A DNA stretch of 64,000 nt from Escherichia phage vB_EcoS_HASG4: sequence record NC_100331.1; one strand, given 5' to 3'. A program made the translations under genes and the position numbers. Below, piece after piece: positions 45,899 to 56,399 of this stretch (within the stretch, counting starts at the first letter, position 1; each line of letters begins with the position of its first letter). The notes under the pieces were generated by a model. That model did no database searches, was not told the origin of the DNA, and saw nothing but the letters and a program-made list of their open reading frames with translations.

Positions 45899-47717
45899 GA
45901 CACTAAAATTTAGTAACGTTATGTCTTACGGTAAGGACATCGTAATTCATTTCGATAAGAATCCAGTTACTCAACTAATTGGTGGCAATGGGCTAGGGAA
46001 ATCCACCATCGCTACTGTTATCGAGGAATTGTTTTATAACAAGAACTCACGTGGTATTAAGAAGGATGCTCTATTCTCTTGGAATGCCCCTAAGAAAGAA
46101 TATGATATGCACGCTTATTTCTCGAAAGATGATGATGAGTATGAGCTGCATAAAGTAGTTAAGTCAACTGCTAAAGTAACGTTGATTAAGAATGGGGAAG
46201 ATATTAGTGGACATACGGCAACCCAAACATACAAGATGATTGAAGAGATTATGGGTGGTGACTTTCAAACATTCACCAAACTGATTTATCAATCAGTGGG
46301 TTCCAACCTAGATTTTCTAAAAGCAACAGATGCAACACGTAAGGCTTTTCTTGTTAATTTGTTCAATCAAGAACAATACAAAGAAATGTCGGAAACTGTT
46401 AAGGCTGACCGTAAAGAAATAGCAAATACCTTAAATAATTTGCAGGGCCAAATGGCTGTAATTACGAAAATTCTTAATGGAAAAAATAATCTAGGAACTT
46501 TGCAGGAACCTGTAGAAATACCGGAGTTTGATGAAGAGCCATTAGCACAAGAACTTACTGAATCGAAAATTAAGGCGGCATTAGCCAAGTCTCAAGAGGC
46601 TAATATTACTAAGTTGCGTAATTTGGACAAAGCTGTACAAGTTGCCGAACAATCTTTCGAACCTTTCAAAAATTTGCCCGCGCCCACCGACCAAAATGAA
46701 GAGATCTCAAGTGTTACACGTGACCTAACGATTGTGACCTCACGTGCGAGCGAAGTTAAGAAACGTTATCAGAAGTTCAAGCAAGAGGCTTCAAATACTG
46801 AATGCCCTACTTGCGGTACTCATCTGGATACAACTGCTGCTCAAAAAGCAATGGATATGGCTAGAATAGAATATGATCCTTTGTTCAAAGAGAAGCAATC
46901 TCTTGAAGCTAAGCTAGAACAGTTGAAGAAAGAACAACTTGAGTACGTTGCGTATACTAGAGCAAAGGATGCTTTGGATAAAGCAGTGGTAGCTAGAGAC
47001 GAGTTCAAAAATTCAATGAGTGATGCTTCTTTTGAAGAACTCAATGTGCAAATCCTACAGGTGCAAATCCGACAATTAGAACAGGAAATCGCTGATGGCC
47101 GCTCTAAGGTTGCAATTGCTAAAGAGCATAATGCAAATGTCGAATTAGCCAATGCAAAATATAAAGCGAAACTAGAACAGATTGAGAAAGCTGAGGCAGA
47201 AATGTCTGAGATTACTTCCAAACTGGATGAGGTATCAGAAGCTGTTGCTGATCTCGATATTCTGATTGCTGCTTTGAAAAATCTGGTGGGATATAAACTA
47301 GAGCATAGTGTGAAAGTATTTGAAGAACTAATTAATAAATACCTTTCTATTATGACTGGTGGTAAATTTGCACTTGGATTTGAACTTGATGAAACAAAAT
47401 TACAAGTAGTAATCTTCAATGATGGAAACCGTACCAGTATGGAGAATTGCTCTACTGGTCAGCAAAGTCGAATCAACTTAGCAACTCTGTTAGCTATTCG
47501 AATGCTACTAACATCTATTAGTAAAGTTAATATTAATCTTCTATTCCTTGATGAAGTAATTAGCTTTATTGATACAAAAGGACTTGATACTCTAGTTGAA
47601 TTATTAAATGAGGAAGAAAGCCTAAATTCTATCATTGTTTCTCACGGGCATACGCATCCATTAGCCCATAAGATTACTGTTAAAAAAGATGCAGAAGGAT
47701 TTTCCTACTTAGAATAA
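45879..47717 (+). CDS. SbcC/Rad50-like ATPase subunit
   Basis: Start at MSKITIKTLKF; Walker A GGNGLGKST, long coiled-coil, C-terminal LLFLDEV (Walker B). Confidence 0.8.
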   Translation: MSKITIKTLKFSNVMSYGKDIVIHFDKNPVTQLIGGNGLGKSTIATVIEELFYNKNSRGIKKDALFSWNAPKKEYDMHAYFSKDDDEYELHKVVKSTAKVTLIKNGEDISGHTATQTYKMIEEIMGGDFQTFTKLIYQSVGSNLDFLKATDATRKAFLVNLFNQEQYKEMSETVKADRKEIANTLNNLQGQMAVITKILNGKNNLGTLQEPVEIPEFDEEPLAQELTESKIKAALAKSQEANITKLRNLDKAVQVAEQSFEPFKNLPAPTDQNEEISSVTRDLTIVTSRASEVKKRYQKFKQEASNTECPTCGTHLDTTAAQKAMDMARIEYDPLFKEKQSLEAKLEQLKKEQLEYVAYTRAKDALDKAVVARDEFKNSMSDASFEELNVQILQVQIRQLEQEIADGRSKVAIAKEHNANVELANAKYKAKLEQIEKAEAEMSEITSKLDEVSEAVADLDILIAALKNLVGYKLEHSVKVFEELINKYLSIMTGGKFALGFELDETKLQVVIFNDGNRTSMENCSTGQQSRINLATLLAIRMLLTSISKVNINLLFLDEVISFIDTKGLDTLVELLNEEESLNSIIVSHGHTHPLAHKITVKKDAEGFSYLE

Positions 47718-47720
47718 AAC

Positions 47721-48203
47721 ATGGCTGTAGATAGTAGAGAGAAAGGTAAACGTGGTGAATATCAGGTAAGAGATATTTTACGTGAACGTACGGGTCTTGA
47801 GTGGGAACGTGTTCCTGGTTCTGGTGCTTTTGGCCAGAGCCACGGACTAAAAGGTGACATCTACCTTCCACCACAAAGCGGACACATTAGTAAATACTGC
47901 TTCGAAGTTAAGTGGTATAAAGATGATAATATATCAAGTAATTTATTTAATGTTGGTGAATCCACTCTAGAGAAGTGGTGGCAGCAGTGCTCACGTGAAG
48001 GTGAGCAGATGAACTCCAAACCTGCATTAATATTCAAAAAAGACAGAGGACAGTGGTTAATAGCTTTAGATAGCTCAGACCCGATGGTTGACAACTTAAT
48101 GAGTCGTACCCATATGGTGTTAAATAAGAAAGACATGGAAATCGTAATTGGTTTATTTGAGCCGTGGCTACATCATGCATCTGTTGAGGACTTAATTAAA
48201 TAA
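47721..48203 (+). CDS. hypothetical protein (160 aa)
   Basis: ORF-track ORF between SbcC-like and flap endonuclease genes. Confidence 0.55.
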   Translation: MAVDSREKGKRGEYQVRDILRERTGLEWERVPGSGAFGQSHGLKGDIYLPPQSGHISKYCFEVKWYKDDNISSNLFNVGESTLEKWWQQCSREGEQMNSKPALIFKKDRGQWLIALDSSDPMVDNLMSRTHMVLNKKDMEIVIGLFEPWLHHASVEDLIK

Positions 48204-49078
48204 TGAGTAAATCCTGGGGAAAATTTATTGAAGAAGAGGAAGCTGAAATGGCTTCCCGTCGTAACCTAATGATTGTCGATGGAACTAACTTAGGCTTTCG
48301 CTTCAAGCATAACAATAGTAAAAAACCATTTGCCTCAAGTTATGTTTCCACTATTCAATCTCTTGCAAAATCTTATTCTGCTAGAACTACAATAGTTTTA
48401 GGAGATAAAGGGAAGTCTGCATTCCGCTTAGAGCATTTACCTGAGTATAAGGGTAATCGAGATGAGAAATACTCACAGCGTACGGAAGAGGAGAAAGTGT
48501 TAGATGAGCAGTTCTTCGAGTATTTGAAAGATGCTTTCGAATTATGTGAAACTACATTCCCAACTTTCACTATTCGTGGGGTAGAAGCAGACGATATGGC
48601 AGCTTATATTGTTAAGCTGATTGGGCATCTATATGATCACGTTTGGCTAATTTCTACCGATGGTGACTGGGATACCTTATTAACTGATAAAGTTTCTCGC
48701 TTCTCTTTTACAACACGTCGTGAATATCATCTTCGTGATATGTACGAGCATCATAATGTTGACGATGTAGAGCAGTTTATCTCTCTGAAAGCGATTATGG
48801 GTGATTTAGGGGATAATATCCGTGGTGTCGAGGGTATTGGGGCAAAACGCGGGTATAATGTTATTCGTGAATTTGGTAATGTTCTGGATATTATTGATCA
48901 GCTTCCACTGCCTGGAAAACAGAAATATATACAGAATTTAAATGCTTCGGAAGAATTGCTTTATCGAAACCTAATTCTGGTTGATTTACCTACCTACTGT
49001 GTGGATGCTATTGCTGCTGTAGGTCAAGATGTATTAGATAAGTTTACAAAAGATATTTTGGAGATTGCAGAACAATGA
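48203..49078 (+). CDS. 5'-3' exonuclease / flap endonuclease
   Basis: N-terminal LMIVDGTNLGFRF and 291-aa length match the T5 D15-type FEN family. Confidence 0.85.
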   Translation: MSKSWGKFIEEEEAEMASRRNLMIVDGTNLGFRFKHNNSKKPFASSYVSTIQSLAKSYSARTTIVLGDKGKSAFRLEHLPEYKGNRDEKYSQRTEEEKVLDEQFFEYLKDAFELCETTFPTFTIRGVEADDMAAYIVKLIGHLYDHVWLISTDGDWDTLLTDKVSRFSFTTRREYHLRDMYEHHNVDDVEQFISLKAIMGDLGDNIRGVEGIGAKRGYNVIREFGNVLDIIDQLPLPGKQKYIQNLNASEELLYRNLILVDLPTYCVDAIAAVGQDVLDKFTKDILEIAEQ

Positions 49079-49521
49079 TTAAAATTAAATTAACTCATCC
49101 AGATTGTATGCCTAAGATTGGTTCCGAAGATGCCGCAGGTATGGATCTACGAGCATTCTTTGGTACTAACCCTGCTGCAGATTTACGTGCTATTGCACCA
49201 GGCAAATCCCTAATGATTGACACCGGTGTCGCGGTAGAAATTCCGCGAGGTTGGTTTGGTTTGGTAGTTCCTCGTAGTTCTTTAGGTAAACGTCATTTGA
49301 TGATTGCAAATACCGCAGGAGTGATCGACTCAGACTATCGTGGTACTATTAAGATGAACCTTTATAACTACGGTTCTGAAATACAAACTCTGGAAAATTT
49401 CGAAAGACTTTGTCAGTTAGTAGTAGTACCGCACTACTCAACACATAATTTTAAAATCGTTGACAAACTAGAGGAGACTATTCGTGGAGAAGGTGGATTT
49501 GGAAGCTCAGGAAGTAAGTAA
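49075..49521 (+). CDS. dut: dUTPase
   Basis: Motifs AAGMDLRA, RSSLG, GVIDSDYRG. Confidence 0.85.
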   Translation: MIKIKLTHPDCMPKIGSEDAAGMDLRAFFGTNPAADLRAIAPGKSLMIDTGVAVEIPRGWFGLVVPRSSLGKRHLMIANTAGVIDSDYRGTIKMNLYNYGSEIQTLENFERLCQLVVVPHYSTHNFKIVDKLEETIRGEGGFGSSGSK

Positions 49522-49747
49522 TTTTGTTGATCCTAATATGGTAGGTATTGATACTAATATGCCAACCTATCAGATTAAAACTACTGAACCAGAAAAGTTT
49601 GTGCTAAGAACAGATAAAGAAGGTAATGTTACTTTCTGGGATCCTGAAGGTTTTGTAGAGCTTTGTACTAATACAGATAATGAGCAGTTAAAATTACTAC
49701 TAACTATTTATAATCTTGGTATTATAGAAGGTTGTAGAAGCGAATAA
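49484..49747 (+). CDS. hypothetical protein (87 aa)
   Basis: ORF-track ORF overlapping the dut 3' end. Confidence 0.4.
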   Translation: MEKVDLEAQEVSNFVDPNMVGIDTNMPTYQIKTTEPEKFVLRTDKEGNVTFWDPEGFVELCTNTDNEQLKLLLTIYNLGIIEGCRSE

Positions 49748-49751
49748 TAGA

Positions 49752-49788
49752 AAAACCCCAGTGGATTTTGTCCACTGGGGTTTCTTTT
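49752..49788. terminator. bidirectional rho-independent terminator at the early/late convergence point
   Basis: Hairpin AACCCCAGTGG-ATTTT-GTCCACTGGGGTT flanked by A-run upstream and T-run downstream. Confidence 0.75.
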
Positions 49789-49793
49789 AGCTA

Positions 49794-52700
49794 TTATCTA
49801 TTTGCTAGTAGAGAGTTAACTACTAACGTTAGATCTGCAATTTGCTTTTTAAGATCAGATACTTCTGATTCTAGAGCTGTGATCCTGCTATCAGATTCCT
49901 TGCTTACCTGAACTAGCAACCCTGTAACAGCTCCATAATCTACAGAATAGAAACGCTCTTCACCCATAAGTGGTTCCCCATCTACAGTAGCGCCTGCCAA
50001 TTCTGTATATCTAGTGAAGCCACTTATTGCTTCTGGAAGAACTTCCATTACTTCTTGGGCAATCACCCCGGCGTATGGCATATCATCATCCTTAAAATTA
50101 TAGGTATATCCGCTAATTTTTCGGATAGATTGGGTTGCGTTTGGTATCTCCTGTATATTTTTCTTTAGATCCCTATCAGAAGTTTGATTAAACGCCCTTG
50201 CCTCAGCATTTCCGTTTATATTGAATACTCTACTTCCGTCAGAGTTTTCTTGAGCATACCATAAATATCCATTGTCAAGCTTACACTCAACAACAGTTGG
50301 TCTTCCGGTAGTGTTACCCCAAAGAAGAATAGATCCATTTCTAGCAGCAGTCATGTTATTCTCATATTTGAATTCACGACCGTTACTTCTTCTAACAGAA
50401 ACACCACTACCATCAACAAATATTCCACCGTTATAGCTGGGTGTTCTTAGTACAATATTATCAGAAACAGTAAAGTATGCTCCGACCATTTCGTTGCTAA
50501 GAGTAACACTCTTAGAAGAATCAGTCTTTCCAAAAAGCCACATTCTAGTATTATTAGCAGTTCTACCTGCTAAATAACCACTTTCAGAAGTATCATTAAC
50601 ACTAGATTTTAGGGTTAATGCCTCTCCATTTTTATATATAAAAATAGGGACTTTAAAATCAGCATATTGATCTGTAATTATACGATTCCATGCACCTATA
50701 GTGCCAGATTCAATACTTCTCAGATAATATCTATTACCCCTACCGGCTAGTTGAGTAGCATAGTTACCACTAAAACCTATATGTACACCACCAAAAACAA
50801 CATTGTTTTCAGGACTATTAACTTGACCCGCAATACCATAAAACTTATTGACAGTGTTATGTTGTGTATTCCAGTCTACACCAGTAGAAGATAAAATACC
50901 AGAAGGAGCTGAAAAGGTTCCATCCTTATTGAAGTTAAAGAATTTATGACTAGCAGAACTACTCATATCCCTAACAATAATTTGTCCTGCTTCCTCTGTT
51001 GCCCTAAACTCACTTTGTCCTACTATGGCATCGGCACTATTTACCAGTTGAGATGTGTACGTATTTTTTGTTACAGCATCACCTCTAGCAGAAAAACTAT
51101 TAGCACCAACAACACTACCATTAAAAGTAAAAGAAGGTGCAGTAGCAGAAAAAGCATCTCCAGTACTAAGGTTATTAGTTAGAGCAAAATTAGGAGATAA
51201 TCCAGAACGGAATGGATGATTAGAGTAAAAACCAGAACCACCACCAGTAAAGTTTAGAATATTACTCACATTACCTTCTGCGTTCCCATCACCCGCATCT
51301 GTTACTCCGAATTTAAATTTAACCCCATTAGTCCCTAATACATAGTCTTCAGTAGGAACATTTATAACAACCTTAGGATCTGTCATAACATGTACAGGGA
51401 ATGCTTTGTAGTGTACATAAACTGCTATATGCTGAGCATAGTCTTTATTACTACCTTTTATACATAGAATACCTAATTCTCTAGGATCATAAGCAGTAAA
51501 TACCCCATATGCTATATTAATACTATCACTCCAACCACCACATGTTACATATCCAGAAAAGACATTATTGTTCATTTCATGTGATGCAGATCTACCCGGA
51601 GTACGCACAGATATAGGTACTGGCAGAACACCATTACCATTAGTACCTCCGGTGTAAAATATAACTGGATAATATTTTCCATCTACAGCACCAGCAGGTG
51701 CATTGATAGTCTGGTAAGCACCCATAAATCCTGTAGTAGGTATTCCTAGATTTTGTTGAGTTGTGTTAAGATTTCTAACAGCTATAGTATCTGCATTCAG
51801 TTCATTAGGTACTAATAGTTGACCATTATTCTTAAACTGGAAGGTCTTATACGAGGGGCCAGTATCCTCCCCCATAATCTGTAGAGTTGCAGCCGCAACC
51901 CCCTCAGCAAGTTTCTCTGGGTATAAGCGCATACGTACCCTTTGAGTACCATCTGTAGCTCTTAGATAGCTATTAATAATACCGCCGGCAGCTACAGTAC
52001 TATCACTATATCCAGTTAAAGCCAAACCAGCAAATAAAGGAGCATGTTGAGAACCTAGTTCTATAAGCTGTCTACAATAACTAGGATCGTAGCTATTAAG
52101 AATAGACCCCCAAGGAGACCACGTTGAAGTACCTGGGTTATAGCTACGTTCATATATTCTATTAGAACTAAAGGTAATGTATATCTGACAACATCCTGGG
52201 GTTCCATTAGCACTATTTTGTAGTACCATTAAGTTTCCAGCTTCTTGAATAGGGTAATTACGGGCTGTAGTTGCATTAGCTGATAGGCTCTGGTAGTAGA
52301 AACCTGCGTAATCACCATTAAGGTCATTCAAGTTCTGTCCTGTTAAGGTAGAAAATCTACGGTACATTACTTCTAGATTTCTACGCGCATCAGAAGTATT
52401 ATTACCGCCAGTACCACCATGGGATACGTCTAGTGGAATCCACCTTTTTTCTGTGTCACTATATGCTCCCCAAGAATTGTCAGTAAGTCCTAGACGCATA
52501 GTCTTAGAAGCATTGTAAACCCAGGTTTCGCTTCCCCACTGATCTAACCTATCAATCTTCAAGTTTACTTTAGAAGTAGCTACATCTGACAAGCTTATGG
52601 CATTACCTATAAAATTTCCATTAATCTGAAAGTTTCCATCAATACTTAATCCTGCGTACTTATTAGTATTAGTATCTGATTGTAGGTGTATAGTAACCCA

Positions 52701-53870
52701 TTCTTTGTTATCGCCACGTACTTCGGAGTACAACCTGTAGCGTGCCCTCTGTGCACCTGAACTATTGTTTAAATATCCGCTTATAATACCAGAGGCTGCT
52801 TGGGCATTATCGGACACATTTACTAAATTAACATTCGCAAATTGAGGGTTATTGAGCGCTCCTAGACCAATTCTAGTTCTGTATGCATCAGAGGATTCAG
52901 GTGCGTAAAAGGCAGACCATGTAGACCATACAGATTTGGCAGAATCATACCACCTAGAAAAATAGTAGTCTTGTGTATTATATGGTCTATATATTTGGTG
53001 ACAACCATCTACTGTATTAGCAGCATTTTTTATTACCTCCAGTGATCCTGCTGCTCTAACTGGATAACCTTTTTCTGCTGTAGCAAGGGCATTAGCGGAC
53101 TGATAATAAAAACCGGCCTGACCCCCTCTAAGAGTATCTAAATTAGTATCATCTAGGTTTACTCTTGATTGATGGAATACTTCTAGATTAAGGCGAGCGG
53201 CAGATTTATTAGGTATATCATCTAAATTTTGGGATTTAGAAAGAAAATTACTAGGAGCAACTATATCCGCATATTCCTTAGCCTTTAACTCGCTAGCCTT
53301 TGCATTGGTCTCAGAAGTTTTAGCTGCTATTTCACCAGCCTTTGCCTTAGTTTCTGAAGTTTTAGCAGCAGATGCAGACGCAGCAGCATTAGTTTCTGAG
53401 GTTTTTGCTGCTGAAGCAGATGCAGCCGCAGCAGCTTTACTACTATTAGCATTAGTCTCAGAAGTTTTAGCAGCTGTCTCACTAGCTTTTGCATTGGTTT
53501 CTGAAGTTTTAGCAGCTGTTTCACTAGCTTTTGCATTGGTTTCTGAAGTTTTTGCAGCTTTAGCACTATTAGCAGAAGCAGTAGCAGAAGAAGCAGACTG
53601 AGTTGCAGATTGCTGGGAAGATGCTGCAGAAATTTCTGCCTCATTCTCAGAATCTTTAGCATTTAGTTCTGATTGCTTTGCATTGATTTCTGATTGTTTA
53701 GCTGCTGCAGCTGATGCTTTAGAGGATTCTATTGCAGTAGTTAGCTCACCAGCAGTGATAGAACTAATAGAATTAGAAAGCACAACTGTATACTTAGGAT
53801 ATTTACTTGCAGTTATACTATTCTGGTCCATAGTGACCATTTGCTGTAGAATTATTTTAGTTATAGCCAT
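49794..53870 (-). CDS. L-shaped tail fibre protein (T5 pb1-like)
   Basis: 1358 aa; N-terminal 14-aa tandem repeats, beta-rich body, C-terminal region resembling an intramolecular chaperone domain; position matches T5 ltf. Confidence 0.8.
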   Translation of the reverse strand: MAITKIILQQMVTMDQNSITASKYPKYTVVLSNSISSITAGELTTAIESSKASAAAAKQSEINAKQSELNAKDSENEAEISAASSQQSATQSASSATASANSAKAAKTSETNAKASETAAKTSETNAKASETAAKTSETNANSSKAAAAASASAAKTSETNAAASASAAKTSETKAKAGEIAAKTSETNAKASELKAKEYADIVAPSNFLSKSQNLDDIPNKSAARLNLEVFHQSRVNLDDTNLDTLRGGQAGFYYQSANALATAEKGYPVRAAGSLEVIKNAANTVDGCHQIYRPYNTQDYYFSRWYDSAKSVWSTWSAFYAPESSDAYRTRIGLGALNNPQFANVNLVNVSDNAQAASGIISGYLNNSSGAQRARYRLYSEVRGDNKEWVTIHLQSDTNTNKYAGLSIDGNFQINGNFIGNAISLSDVATSKVNLKIDRLDQWGSETWVYNASKTMRLGLTDNSWGAYSDTEKRWIPLDVSHGGTGGNNTSDARRNLEVMYRRFSTLTGQNLNDLNGDYAGFYYQSLSANATTARNYPIQEAGNLMVLQNSANGTPGCCQIYITFSSNRIYERSYNPGTSTWSPWGSILNSYDPSYCRQLIELGSQHAPLFAGLALTGYSDSTVAAGGIINSYLRATDGTQRVRMRLYPEKLAEGVAAATLQIMGEDTGPSYKTFQFKNNGQLLVPNELNADTIAVRNLNTTQQNLGIPTTGFMGAYQTINAPAGAVDGKYYPVIFYTGGTNGNGVLPVPISVRTPGRSASHEMNNNVFSGYVTCGGWSDSINIAYGVFTAYDPRELGILCIKGSNKDYAQHIAVYVHYKAFPVHVMTDPKVVINVPTEDYVLGTNGVKFKFGVTDAGDGNAEGNVSNILNFTGGGSGFYSNHPFRSGLSPNFALTNNLSTGDAFSATAPSFTFNGSVVGANSFSARGDAVTKNTYTSQLVNSADAIVGQSEFRATEEAGQIIVRDMSSSASHKFFNFNKDGTFSAPSGILSSTGVDWNTQHNTVNKFYGIAGQVNSPENNVVFGGVHIGFSGNYATQLAGRGNRYYLRSIESGTIGAWNRIITDQYADFKVPIFIYKNGEALTLKSSVNDTSESGYLAGRTANNTRMWLFGKTDSSKSVTLSNEMVGAYFTVSDNIVLRTPSYNGGIFVDGSGVSVRRSNGREFKYENNMTAARNGSILLWGNTTGRPTVVECKLDNGYLWYAQENSDGSRVFNINGNAEARAFNQTSDRDLKKNIQEIPNATQSIRKISGYTYNFKDDDMPYAGVIAQEVMEVLPEAISGFTRYTELAGATVDGEPLMGEERFYSVDYGAVTGLLVQVSKESDSRITALESEVSDLKKQIADLTLVVNSLLANR
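53290..53640 (-). repeat. tandem 42-nt (14-codon) repeats inside the tail-fibre gene, about 8 copies
   Basis: Repeated GCATTGGTTTCTGAAGTTTTAGCAGCTGTTTCACTAGCTTTT units encoding AKASETAAKTSETN. Confidence 0.8.
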
Positions 53871-54292
53871 TATTGAGTTACCCCATCACTAATATAAACT
53901 TTGCCTTCCATAATACGGAAAGAACTAGCAGCACTACCAACAGCTGTTCTAGTAATAATTACATCATAGTATCCAGCCAATCTCTGTCTAGGGTTATATC
54001 TATCTCTTTCTTTGGATGCTTTGGAAGCAATAGTAGTTACAGCACTAACGGGTAGACTTATAGATGCTACACCTTGCTTCGCATCAACAATAGATGTAGT
54101 AAAAGATGCTAAAGTTTCAGCTCCATCTTCTAAACTACTTTTAATATTTCCTCTAAGAGAGAAGCCAGTAAGATCTACTGGCTTAGATGTAGCAGGATAA
54201 ACACTATCATCTACATCCATAAATTGCATAAGTAAACCATAAGGTACGTTCTCATCTACTACTAAATCAATAACTCTATTTTCTGTACTCAT
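53870..54292 (-). CDS. tail protein (140 aa), collar/fibre-attachment candidate
   Basis: TAATG stop/start overlap with the tail-fibre gene; position corresponds to T5 p132. Confidence 0.55.
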   Translation of the reverse strand: MSTENRVIDLVVDENVPYGLLMQFMDVDDSVYPATSKPVDLTGFSLRGNIKSSLEDGAETLASFTTSIVDAKQGVASISLPVSAVTTIASKASKERDRYNPRQRLAGYYDVIITRTAVGSAASSFRIMEGKVYISDGVTQ

Positions 54293-54296
54293 TATT

Positions 54297-56399
54297 TTAC
54301 CTTATATGGATATACCCGTTTTGCAGGTCTATCTTCATTTTGTAAGATCCCTCTGGGTTAGAGGATAGTGCTGCTGCACGATCATATATAATATTTACAC
54401 CAATTTGTGATAAGAAAGCATTGTTAGCAACAATTTTACTAGCAGTTACCGTGCCATTAACTATCATATCCCCATGTAAAACCATTGCAGGGCTAGCCCA
54501 TGCTGAACCATTCCACTGCCTAGTAAACGCTGTTCCCGGTGCTCCACTTTTATACTCGGTTAATACATCATATTTAACAGGACCAGTACCAAAGTTAGAT
54601 GTAAAAAACGCATTAGCCTGAGAATCATTCCATGCCGTTAAATTAGCAATAGCAAGAGAGTACATTCCAGGACCACGTTGCCCATTATCACCTGGGCGTC
54701 CATCAGCTCCTGGCCTACCATCTGCTCCGGGTCGTCCATCTACCCCTTCTGTACCACTCCATTGAACTACGTCTGACCAACTAGTTCCAGATACTAATTG
54801 ATTAGTAACTGGGTCTAAAGTACCAGTAGAACAATAAATATTCTGAGTATTAGACGTTCTATTCGGTGGAGTCTTTGACCAACCAGAAGGTGGGTATGCA
54901 GGACTTGTTGGTTTAGCAGGTAATGAAGTACCTAGAGTATAAATAAATACTGTTTGCTTACCTTGTATACCTGTTGCTATATCGATGTCACCGTTAGGTG
55001 TACCAATTACAACCCCACTAGAGATTCTTAATGTATCACCATCATAACGTATATACTGAGTAGCATTACCAATATCCAGTTTTGGCTTCGCAGTAGCATT
55101 ATCCATGCCCATCCAGATACCCGATTTTGTATCACCCCAGGTTTTACCCTGAGTATAGATTGCTGGGTTATCTTGACCGGTTAAATTAGTCATGACAAAG
55201 TTAGCAGCATTAATAGTTTTAGTTATTACACTTCCATCAACGTTAACTATCTTTTTAATAGGGTCGAAAGATATTGGTGCTTTTCCTTCAGCATCTAGAA
55301 GACCTATATTAATAGCACCGGTGGCGGCATCTATTAGGAAGGTTTGTTTCCAGGTAGATCCATCTTTGACCTTACCCTTAATGTACGCGTAATTTACTTC
55401 TATACCAGTTTCATTAACAAAATTATTGTCTAACGGTGTACTCTCATTTAATATAAATGTCTGTACTGCGGAATCAGTAACATCTTGAGCATCTGGTCCC
55501 CAGGCAATAGATGACACTTTAAATTTATGCTCTACTTTCCATGGGAATGATATAATTGTTGCCGATTGGGCAGCCCCCACGTTGATTTTTTGTGCCTTAG
55601 TCCATCCAGTTCTAGCAAACTCTGCTGAATCTATATAGGATAGAACGAATTCACGAACATTAGCACCTGCACCTCTATTCCAATCCCACTGAACACGAAG
55701 ATCATAGCGTTCTTTACCGTCAGCTATACGTGCTGCTTTGAATTCAATATTAGTAGGTGCGGTAGGAGGAACAAAATTATAGTTAACTTCAAAAACAGTA
55801 GGATACTCATAGTATCCAGACGAATCAATAGTAACACCGTCTGGTAGGCTTATTTGACCAGAAATTCTTACTTTATAGAACCCGATTGGCACACCACCAA
55901 ACATAATAGTTGGCATCAACGCACCAACATAATATTTAACCCATGGATTATCGGCATTAGAATTATTTTTTAATTCTATAGTACAATAATCAGCTTCTCC
56001 TGTAGTATCTATATAAACTATTGGCGCTCCAACACCTACGTCTACAGGTTCTGATTCACACCTAGCACCTGTAATTCTAGGTGCTGACTTCATTTTAAAA
56101 GTTTGTTTATCAGATAGATTAATACCTATCTGAGCATTAAGCAGTTCAGAGTCTATTATAGAATCATAAAATGCACCCTGAACTTCATAAGTTGTTGTAG
56201 GTTTTAGATTATTAATAGTTACAGAGAAGGTATCAACTCCAGTAAAATCTCTACGAGTAACATTGCTACCTTCTTTAAGCCAAAAAGACCTGCCTATAAC
56301 GTCATAATCAGAGTAGATAGAATGCTGGATATACGCCAACGTATATCCAGTTAAGACGCTATTTAGGACCATTTTAGCTGGTGCATTATTTGAAATCAT
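54297..56399 (-). CDS. baseplate/central fibre protein (T5 pb4-like)
   Basis: 700 aa, contains collagen-like [19 protein letters not shown] triplets; synteny with T5 tail module. Confidence 0.65.
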   Translation of the reverse strand: MISNNAPAKMVLNSVLTGYTLAYIQHSIYSDYDVIGRSFWLKEGSNVTRRDFTGVDTFSVTINNLKPTTTYEVQGAFYDSIIDSELLNAQIGINLSDKQTFKMKSAPRITGARCESEPVDVGVGAPIVYIDTTGEADYCTIELKNNSNADNPWVKYYVGALMPTIMFGGVPIGFYKVRISGQISLPDGVTIDSSGYYEYPTVFEVNYNFVPPTAPTNIEFKAARIADGKERYDLRVQWDWNRGAGANVREFVLSYIDSAEFARTGWTKAQKINVGAAQSATIISFPWKVEHKFKVSSIAWGPDAQDVTDSAVQTFILNESTPLDNNFVNETGIEVNYAYIKGKVKDGSTWKQTFLIDAATGAINIGLLDAEGKAPISFDPIKKIVNVDGSVITKTINAANFVMTNLTGQDNPAIYTQGKTWGDTKSGIWMGMDNATAKPKLDIGNATQYIRYDGDTLRISSGVVIGTPNGDIDIATGIQGKQTVFIYTLGTSLPAKPTSPAYPPSGWSKTPPNRTSNTQNIYCSTGTLDPVTNQLVSGTSWSDVVQWSGTEGVDGRPGADGRPGADGRPGDNGQRGPGMYSLAIANLTAWNDSQANAFFTSNFGTGPVKYDVLTEYKSGAPGTAFTRQWNGSAWASPAMVLHGDMIVNGTVTASKIVANNAFLSQIGVNIIYDRAAALSSNPEGSYKMKIDLQNGYIHIR

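Noticed and set aside
46841-47419. 192-aa minus-strand ORF
   Set aside because: Antisense to the SbcC-like coiled-coil region; Ser/Ala-rich mirror of the sense frame
53290-53640. Tandem repeats as a possible CRISPR array
   Set aside because: Units are contiguous 42-nt coding repeats without spacers and lie in-frame within a structural gene
53305-53662. 98-aa plus and 111-aa minus ORFs in the repeat region
   Set aside because: Alternate-frame artefacts of the 42-nt tandem repeats inside the tail-fibre gene
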